A stretch of DNA of 64,000 bases from an uncultured Lachnospiraceae bacterium (GTDB lineage: Bacteria > Bacillota > Clostridia > Lachnospirales > Lachnospiraceae). The DNA lies in the NCBI GenBank assembly GCA_964428795.1, contig CAYRZL010000003.1, positions 4,999-68,998 of the forward strand, given 5' to 3'. The position numbers and the translations under genes are program-made. Position 1 is the first letter of the stretch, and every line of letters starts with the position of its first letter. Below, piece after piece: positions 57,772 through 64,000 of this stretch. The notes beneath the pieces are model-generated. The model was not told the DNA's origin. It did not search any database and saw only the letters and a program-made list of their open reading frames with translations.

Positions 57772-58791
57772 ATGTCAAATATCAAATCCGCTGTAAGCCT
57801 GTATAGCTTACAGAACGAATATTTAACAAAAAAAATGAATCTGAAGGAAATCATTCAATATGTAAAAGAATGCGGAGCTCAGGGTGTAGAGATTGTTCCG
57901 GATCAGATGCTGAAAAATGCACCGCATATATCGGATGAGAGCGTTGCCGAATTCAAAGAAGTGATTGCTGAGACGGGACTTACGCCGGTCATTGCAGATG
58001 TTTATTTGAATACGAACCTTTACAAGAACAGAACACTGACACAAAGGGAATGTATCGATCTTTTAATTGATGAGATCAAAATGGCAAATAAGCTTGGTAT
58101 TCCAATGCTTCGTCTTGTTTCCATGGTTCCATACTGGGTATGTGAACCTCTTCTTCCGTACTGTGAAAAATACGGAGTGGTCATTGCATTGGAAGTTCAT
58201 GCTGCAATGGCGTTTGACATTCCTGAAACGAAAGCGTTTATTGAGGAAATGAAGCGACTGAATTCCCCGTATGTCGGGCTTGTGATCGACACGGGAATTT
58301 TCTGCCGGAGATTTCCCAGACGCGTCAGTGCGTATGAGTCTCAAAACGGCACGAATCCGGCTATTTTTGAGTATATGGACATGCTGTTTAAAAAGGGAAC
58401 CGATTTTCATGCAGAGCAAATCCGTTTACAGGGAGCTTTCCCTCCGGAGCTTAAAGACATTGACCTGACGGAGCATGACAAAATGTTTCTTCCGCTCTGT
58501 GATGGTTATGAGAATCTCCCGTTCGAGGTTATGGATGATCTGCTTCCTTATATCAAACATTTTCATTTTAAATTGTTTGAAATGACACCGGAAGGACCGG
58601 AGTATTCTATGGATTACAAAGCCTTGCTTGAATACCTTCATGATCATGACTGGTCGGGATTCGTCGCGACGGAATATGAAGGGAATCGTTTTACGATTCC
58701 GGGGACGCCGTTCGTTGAAAAAGAGCAGGTTGCCGCGAATGTGAAATATGTAAACGAATGTTTAAAAGAAATCCAGGGACAGGAGGGATAA
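57772..58791 (+). CDS. Xylose-isomerase-like TIM-barrel protein, candidate large (alpha) subunit of a C-glycoside deglycosidase-type lyase
   Basis: About 339 aa from the ATG at 57772 (RBS GGAAGGAGAG); the track ORF extension from 57640 overlaps the previous gene. TIM-barrel motifs are GAQGVEIVPDQ, VIALEVHA and LVIDTGIF. A small ORF follows 2 nt later, the arrangement expected for DgpB/C- or CarB/C-type enzymes. Family membership is confident. The specific function is inferred from context. Confidence 0.6.
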   Translation: MSNIKSAVSLYSLQNEYLTKKMNLKEIIQYVKECGAQGVEIVPDQMLKNAPHISDESVAEFKEVIAETGLTPVIADVYLNTNLYKNRTLTQRECIDLLIDEIKMANKLGIPMLRLVSMVPYWVCEPLLPYCEKYGVVIALEVHAAMAFDIPETKAFIEEMKRLNSPYVGLVIDTGIFCRRFPRRVSAYESQNGTNPAIFEYMDMLFKKGTDFHAEQIRLQGAFPPELKDIDLTEHDKMFLPLCDGYENLPFEVMDDLLPYIKHFHFKLFEMTPEGPEYSMDYKALLEYLHDHDWSGFVATEYEGNRFTIPGTPFVEKEQVAANVKYVNECLKEIQGQEG

Positions 58792-58793
58792 AT

Positions 58794-59186
58794 ATGTTTG
58801 ATAATAATGTATTTCTTGAAAATACCTGCAAAAATACAGTAGAAGACGGAAAGGTCATTGGATATGAGATGCAGACAAATATCACCTATTACAGGGGAAT
58901 TCCCATGTCCATGATCGAATATATAAAAGTTGCAGCAGACGGTGCAGAGGTTCCTGAGGAAGATATTCGCATATCCATTGATGAAACAGACTGGTTTACG
59001 CTGAAAGAGGCGGAGACGGTTACGTCTTATAAATGGGAGTACGGTGAACCTTTATATATCCGCGTGATAAAAGAGGGCGGATTAAGCAGGGGAAAGCATA
59101 AGGTAAAGCTTACGGTTGCCACGAGGACTGCGTATATTCCGGTCCCGTTGGAGGGCGTCATGGAGCGTGAAGTTATCATTTCTTAA
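58794..59186 (+). CDS. Small protein (130 aa), candidate beta subunit of a C-glycoside deglycosidase (DUF6379-like)
   Basis: The ATG at 58794 follows a GGAGGG RBS and lies 2 nt after the upstream stop; the track start is 58758. There is no signal peptide and no TM helix. Its size and its position between a TIM-barrel gene and a Gfo/Idh/MocA gene match the described CGD small subunits. Homology was not verified. Confidence 0.5.
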   Translation: MFDNNVFLENTCKNTVEDGKVIGYEMQTNITYYRGIPMSMIEYIKVAADGAEVPEEDIRISIDETDWFTLKEAETVTSYKWEYGEPLYIRVIKEGGLSRGKHKVKLTVATRTAYIPVPLEGVMEREVIIS

Positions 59187-59268
59187 AGGGGTCATACGCT
59201 GAAAATTTTATCTTATGCGTTGAAAGTTTTATTATTCTGTTATGAGAAAAATAAGGAGGAAAAGACAT

Positions 59269-60342
59269 ATGTCGGATATTAGGATTGGCGTTATTGGTCA
59301 TGGCTTTATGGGGCACGAACATGAAACGATGTTGACAGCCATGGACGGTATTCGAGTAGTTGGATTTTCAGACAGAGATCCGGCACAATTGGAGGATGTA
59401 AAAGAAGGATTAAAAAGATATGCTTCCAATGAAGAATTGATAAATGATCCCGAGGTGCAGGTGGTGCTTATCGTCGCAAATAATAATCAGCATCATGATC
59501 TGGTCATTCAGGCGGCGAGAGCGGGTAAAGATATTATTTGTGAAAAACCGGTAGCCATGAATGTGGCGGAACTGGATGAAATGATGAAAGTCGTTGAAGA
59601 ATGCGGCGTTAAATTCACGGTGCATCATCAGCGGCGCTATGATCAGGATTTCCGCACGATGAAGGAAGTGTATGATTCCGGCGCCCTGGGCGATGTATAT
59701 ATGGTAAAGAACAGTCTTTACGGGCATAATGGGAATATGCATGACTGGCACGTATATATTGCTGAAGGAGGTGGTATGCTTTTTGACTGGGGCGTTCATC
59801 TTCTGGATCAGGTTCTATGGATGTTTCAGGGTTCAAAGATTCAGTCGGTATATGCAGATGTGCGCAATGTCATCAATTTTGAAGTAGATGATTATTTTAA
59901 AATCCTGCTGCGTTTTGATAACGGCATTATGGCTGAAATCGAGCTGGGAACGTACTTTCTGGCAGATAAGCCGCAGGACAAATGGTTTGAACGCCATTGG
60001 TTCATGGGCGGAAACAAAGGAAGCGCTTATGTCGATGGATTTGAACCGGAAGGAAAGATCGTCCGGACTACAAGATTGCTTCAGAATGTGGGCGGAAAGA
60101 GAACAATGACGGCAGCCGGACCGACAAGATCCTTTGGACCTCCGGAGCCGGGCAAGATTATAACGGAAGCGCTTCCAAAGGTAAATACACGGCACGAAGA
60201 TTACTTCGAAAATTATAAGAAGGCTTATCGGGGAGAGGAGGAATTCCTTGTTAAAATACCTGAGACAAGAAGGGTTCTTGCCTTGATGGAAGCAGTCAGG
60301 GAGTCTGCCCGAACCGGCCGATCAGTTGATTTCGAAACATAA
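59269..60342 (+). CDS. Gfo/Idh/MocA-family oxidoreductase (second copy; DgpA-like candidate)
   Basis: About 357 aa from the ATG at 59269 (RBS AAGGAGGAA). Rossmann N-terminus IGVIGHGFMG and the EKP motif (IICEKPVA). Confidence 0.85.
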   Translation: MSDIRIGVIGHGFMGHEHETMLTAMDGIRVVGFSDRDPAQLEDVKEGLKRYASNEELINDPEVQVVLIVANNNQHHDLVIQAARAGKDIICEKPVAMNVAELDEMMKVVEECGVKFTVHHQRRYDQDFRTMKEVYDSGALGDVYMVKNSLYGHNGNMHDWHVYIAEGGGMLFDWGVHLLDQVLWMFQGSKIQSVYADVRNVINFEVDDYFKILLRFDNGIMAEIELGTYFLADKPQDKWFERHWFMGGNKGSAYVDGFEPEGKIVRTTRLLQNVGGKRTMTAAGPTRSFGPPEPGKIITEALPKVNTRHEDYFENYKKAYRGEEEFLVKIPETRRVLALMEAVRESARTGRSVDFET

Positions 60343-60352
60343 GGGAGGCAAT

Positions 60353-61300
60353 ATGAAAAAATATGCTTTTGGTGTAGATATAGGCGGAACTTCCGTAAAA
60401 ACAGGATTGTTTGAGACCGGCGGATTATTATTGGAATCCTGGGAAATACCAACCCGTACAGAAAATAACGGGGAGGCAATTCTGCCTGATATCCATGAGG
60501 CCATTGCAGCTAAGCTTCGGGAGAAAAGAATAGCTATTGACAACGTGGAAGGGATTGGACTTGGCGTTCCCGGACCGGTAAGTGAAGAAGGAATTGTCTT
60601 AAAATGCGTGAATCTGGGATGGGGCATTTTTAATGTAGAAAAAGCTATGGGTCAGTTGTTCAATGGCTTGAGAGTAAAGGCCGGAAATGATGCGAATGTT
60701 GCCGCCCTTGGCGAAATGTGGCAAGGCGGTGGAAAGGGATTTAAGGATATCGTCATGGTGACTCTTGGAACCGGCGTTGGCGGGGGCATCATCATTGATG
60801 GGAAAATTTTGCCCGGTGCGAATGGCTCCGCTGGTGAAATCGGACATATTACAGTATCTGATAATGAAAAGGAGCAATGCGGCTGCGGCAAATGCGGATG
60901 TCTGGAACAGTATGCGTCAGCCAATGGAATCGTTTTTGCTGCAAGGAGGTATCTTACGGAACATCCGGAGGAGAAAACGCCTCTTCGGGATGTGGAAAAA
61001 CTTACCTCGGTTGAAATATTTGATTTTGCGAAACAGGGAGAGCCTGTTTCACTGAAAATAGTGAATGATACATGCCGCATTCTGGGAAAGAACCTTGCGA
61101 CAATCGCCTGTGTGTTGAACCCGCAGGCTTTCGTGATTGGCGGAGGCATGTCAAAAGCAGGAGACATATTGATTGACGGTATTAAACAGAATTACCGCAG
61201 GTACGCATTCCATGCGTCCAGGGAAACAGAATTTTACAAGGCAAAATTGGGGAACAATGCAGGCATGTATGGAGGAGTTAAAATGTTGATTTCCGGTTAA
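60353..61300 (+). CDS. ROK-family sugar kinase (glucokinase-like)
   Basis: About 315 aa from the ATG at 60353 (RBS AAGGGAGG). ATP site GVDIGGTSVK, ROK signature and zinc motif GHI...CGCGKCGCLE. Confidence 0.88.
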   Translation: MKKYAFGVDIGGTSVKTGLFETGGLLLESWEIPTRTENNGEAILPDIHEAIAAKLREKRIAIDNVEGIGLGVPGPVSEEGIVLKCVNLGWGIFNVEKAMGQLFNGLRVKAGNDANVAALGEMWQGGGKGFKDIVMVTLGTGVGGGIIIDGKILPGANGSAGEIGHITVSDNEKEQCGCGKCGCLEQYASANGIVFAARRYLTEHPEEKTPLRDVEKLTSVEIFDFAKQGEPVSLKIVNDTCRILGKNLATIACVLNPQAFVIGGGMSKAGDILIDGIKQNYRRYAFHASRETEFYKAKLGNNAGMYGGVKMLISG

Positions 61301-61435
61301 GACCGACGGATCTTTAATGAAGATATTCTGGACAAATATTCAACGGGTGTTAAAATGTATTTGTAAGCAGGAATGCATTCCGATAATCAGAGAAGAAAAA
61401 ACAGAATATCAATTCATTAGAGAAGGAGGAGAAAA

Positions 61436-62383
61436 ATGATAAAGAAAATCACGGTCGTTGGAGCAGGCACCATGGGACATGCCATTGCAAACACCTTTGC
61501 CATGCATGGATTTGCGGTAAATCTGTACGAATCCTTTGAGGAAGTCCGGTCATCTGTGTTGGAAAAGATTCGGGGCGAGCTGGAATTTATGGTGGAACAG
61601 GAGTACATATCCGGCGAAAAGGTGGAGGAGACGCTTGCGAATATTACTCTGTATGAAGATTTGAAAGAGTCAGTAAAAGAGGCGGATTATGTGATCGAGG
61701 CAACGCCGGAAGATCTGGAATTAAAACAGCAGTTATTTGCACAGCTGGATCAATTCTGCCCGGAGCATACGATATTCGGAAGCAACACCTCCAGTCTGAA
61801 ATTAGGAGATATGATGGAAGGGCTGCCGGCGAAGCGGAAGGCAAAAATGATGATCTGTCACTGGTTCAATCCGGCACATCTGATGCCCATTGTGGAGTTG
61901 TCTTATTTTGGAAATATGCCGGAGGAGGATTTTGAACAAGTCTACGAATTGTACAAGGTGTGTGAGAAGGTGCCAGTCAAAGTATTGAAGGATATTCCGG
62001 GTATGATAGCGAACCGCATTCTTCATGCTCAGGCGCGGGAGGTTTTTTATCTGAACTCCATCGGGGCGGCGTCCCCGGAGGATATCGACAAAGCTCTGAT
62101 GTTTGGTCCCTGCTTTCGCAATGCCACCACCGGAATGCTGGAGGTGGCAGACATGGGAGGGCTGGACGTCTGGGTCGCAGCGGAGGAAAATTTTTTACCG
62201 ACACTGTGTAATTCCACAAAGTCAAATGACACGATGCGGGCGCTGGCAGCGGAGGGTAACCTCGGTATCAAGACAGGAAAAGGATTTTATGAATATCCCA
62301 GGGAGACAAGGGAGGAATTAGTAAAAGAATTTAATAAACGTCTGATCACGCAGTTGAAAGCGAGCCGGACATTCCGAAAATAA
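61436..62383 (+). CDS. 3-hydroxyacyl-CoA dehydrogenase-family NAD-binding protein (HBD / L-gulonate-3-dehydrogenase-like)
   Basis: 315 aa with RBS AGAAGGAGGAG. Rossmann N-terminus ITVVGAGTMGHAIA, plus conserved 3HCDH_N and 3HCDH_C regions (SNTSSL, HWFNPAHLMPIVE). Confidence 0.8.
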   Translation: MIKKITVVGAGTMGHAIANTFAMHGFAVNLYESFEEVRSSVLEKIRGELEFMVEQEYISGEKVEETLANITLYEDLKESVKEADYVIEATPEDLELKQQLFAQLDQFCPEHTIFGSNTSSLKLGDMMEGLPAKRKAKMMICHWFNPAHLMPIVELSYFGNMPEEDFEQVYELYKVCEKVPVKVLKDIPGMIANRILHAQAREVFYLNSIGAASPEDIDKALMFGPCFRNATTGMLEVADMGGLDVWVAAEENFLPTLCNSTKSNDTMRALAAEGNLGIKTGKGFYEYPRETREELVKEFNKRLITQLKASRTFRK

Positions 62384-62432
62384 TAAAGGAGGATCAGACG
62401 AGTAATACCCGGGTTTGCCGCCTGAGAATCAA

Positions 62433-62462
62433 AAATGGAGTCTGCAAAGACTCCATTTGTTT
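62433..62462 (+). terminator. Rho-independent terminator ending the glycoside locus
   Basis: 10-bp stem aaatggagtc / gactccattt with a 6-nt loop, followed by a T-rich tail (TTTGTTT). Confidence 0.75.
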
Positions 62463-62499
62463 ATATAGATAAAAGCGTACTTGAAATTATTAAGTCTAA

Positions 62500-62982
62500 A
62501 TGCTAAAATATTTAAAATTAAAGTTTCTGTTTGGAAGGCAGGAAAGCGTAGTGGACGAGCAATTAGAACTGGCATTAAAAGGCGGGGACTTCAAACGCCT
62601 GATGGAAAGCCGCTTTTCGGTGATAAAAAAAGAATATAATTTAAAAAAGGTGGACATTGAAGTATTGTATTATCTTTCAAAGTGCACGGAGGAGAATACG
62701 CCGACTGACATTTACCGGAGACTGAAGCTGAACCGCGGGCACGTATCACAGGCCATCGATTATCTGTACCGCAGGGAGCTGATTACTGCGATACCGGATA
62801 AAAAGGACAGGAGATATATGCATTATCTGGTCACTGACAGCGCGAAAGTTATCATAGCGGAGATCTCAAAAACAAAAAGAGAGCTGGGGGAACAGATTTT
62901 TAAAGGCCTTTCCCGGGAGGAAATAGCCGCTTATCAGAAAACAACAGAGAAAATCTTCAGAAATATTCATGAACTGCTCTGA
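62500..62982 (+). CDS. MarR-family transcriptional regulator
   Basis: The winged-HTH region (IEVLYYLSK ... TPTDIYRRLKLNRGHVSQAIDYLYRRELI ... DRRY) fits MarR. The start is uncertain: the ATG at 62500 has no RBS, whereas the GTG at 62551 follows GGAAGGCAGGAAAG. Confidence 0.75.
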   Translation: MLKYLKLKFLFGRQESVVDEQLELALKGGDFKRLMESRFSVIKKEYNLKKVDIEVLYYLSKCTEENTPTDIYRRLKLNRGHVSQAIDYLYRRELITAIPDKKDRRYMHYLVTDSAKVIIAEISKTKRELGEQIFKGLSREEIAAYQKTTEKIFRNIHELL

Positions 62983-63037
62983 ACAGCAGGCGAGGTGCGG
63001 GTAAAATGTGAAAATGTAAAAAAAAATATAAAACCTA

Positions 63038-63066
63038 TTGACAAAGTCGGTGAAATGTTGCATAAT
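63038..63066 (+). promoter_or_regulatory. Putative sigma-A promoter of groES-groEL
   Basis: TTGACA (63038-63043), a 17-nt spacer, then CATAAT (63061-63066). Confidence 0.6.
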
Positions 63067-63127
63067 ACTTTAAAATTAAACAGTTTAAAAATGACGCTTC
63101 TGAAGAAGCAAATTTTTTGGCCCTACG

Positions 63128-63154
63128 CTGGCACTCATAAAAAGAGAGTGCTGA
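63128..63154 (+). promoter_or_regulatory. CIRCE operator (HrcA binding site)
   Basis: CTGGCACTC-N9-GAGTGCTGA, against the consensus TTAGCACTC-N9-GAGTGCTAA. It lies between the promoter and groES, the canonical position. Confidence 0.85.
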
Positions 63155-63177
63155 CAGAGCAGAAAGGAAGGTAAAAT

Positions 63178-63462
63178 ATGAAGTTAAAACCATTAGGGGA
63201 CAAAGTCATTTTAAAGCAGTTGGAGGCAGAGGAGAAAACAGAATCCGGGATTATTCTGCCGGACAGCGCAAAGGAAAAACCGCAGGAAGCAGTCGTGGTC
63301 GCTGTCGGACCAGGAAAAGAAGAGAATGGGAAAACAACTGCCATGCAGGTAGAAGAGGGCTGCAAAGTCATTTATTCAAAATATGCAGGGACTGAAGTGA
63401 AGGTGAATGAAGAAGAGTTTATTATTGTGAGCCAGAGTGATATTATCGCTATTGTAGAGTAG
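63178..63462 (+). CDS. groES: Co-chaperonin GroES
   Basis: 94 aa. MKLKPLGDKVILK ... SGIILPDSAKEKPQEA.VVAVGPG is the classic Cpn10 sequence. Confidence 0.97.
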   Translation: MKLKPLGDKVILKQLEAEEKTESGIILPDSAKEKPQEAVVVAVGPGKEENGKTTAMQVEEGCKVIYSKYAGTEVKVNEEEFIIVSQSDIIAIVE

Positions 63463-63489
63463 ACAGCTAAGTCAGAATAATAAGGATAA

Positions 63490-64000
<511 letters not shown>

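Overview
The window reads as a contiguous chromosomal segment of a low-to-moderate-GC Firmicute, probably a Clostridia or Lachnospiraceae-like gut organism; this is inferred from gene content only. Almost all genes lie on the + strand. The housekeeping backbone is ftsH, uvrC, hprK, an M18 aminopeptidase, murB, rapZ, whiA, a lipid kinase, fba, type III glutamine synthetase, a class A PBP, ftsEX, an S41 protease, glmM and groES-groEL with a CIRCE operator.

Three accessory blocks stand out:
1. 11.5-31.6 kb. A FecCD-type (metal-chelate/cobalamin class) ABC importer has its ATPase in a separate unit with an SPFH protein and a Gly/Met-rich protein. Its lipoprotein and two permease genes run without gaps into DUF58, a DUF4129 membrane protein, a MoxR AAA+ ATPase and a 1219-aa secreted 2x DUF6273 protein. 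A perfect 2,817-bp tandem duplication follows, carrying two copies of an 880-aa wall-anchored protein of unknown function.
2. 34-39 kb. This is the only minus-strand island: a LysR regulator, a PhlG-like protein, tRNA-Gln(CTG) and YigZ, next to a heavily deleted fructose-type PTS pseudogene.
3. 48-62 kb. A glycoside-utilisation locus holds an AraC/GH39-like fusion regulator, a CUT2 sugar ABC transporter, two Gfo/Idh/MocA oxidoreductases, two TIM-barrel isomerase-like proteins, a 131-aa protein placed like the small subunit of C-glycoside deglycosidases, a ROK kinase and a 3-hydroxyacyl-CoA-dehydrogenase-like enzyme.

Non-coding oddities are a 24/25-bp tandem array with a 31-nt-arm inverted repeat between uvrC and hprK, and a DnaA-box cluster in a 650-bp AT-rich spacer. 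All functional calls rest on motifs I can read in the translations. No database search was run.
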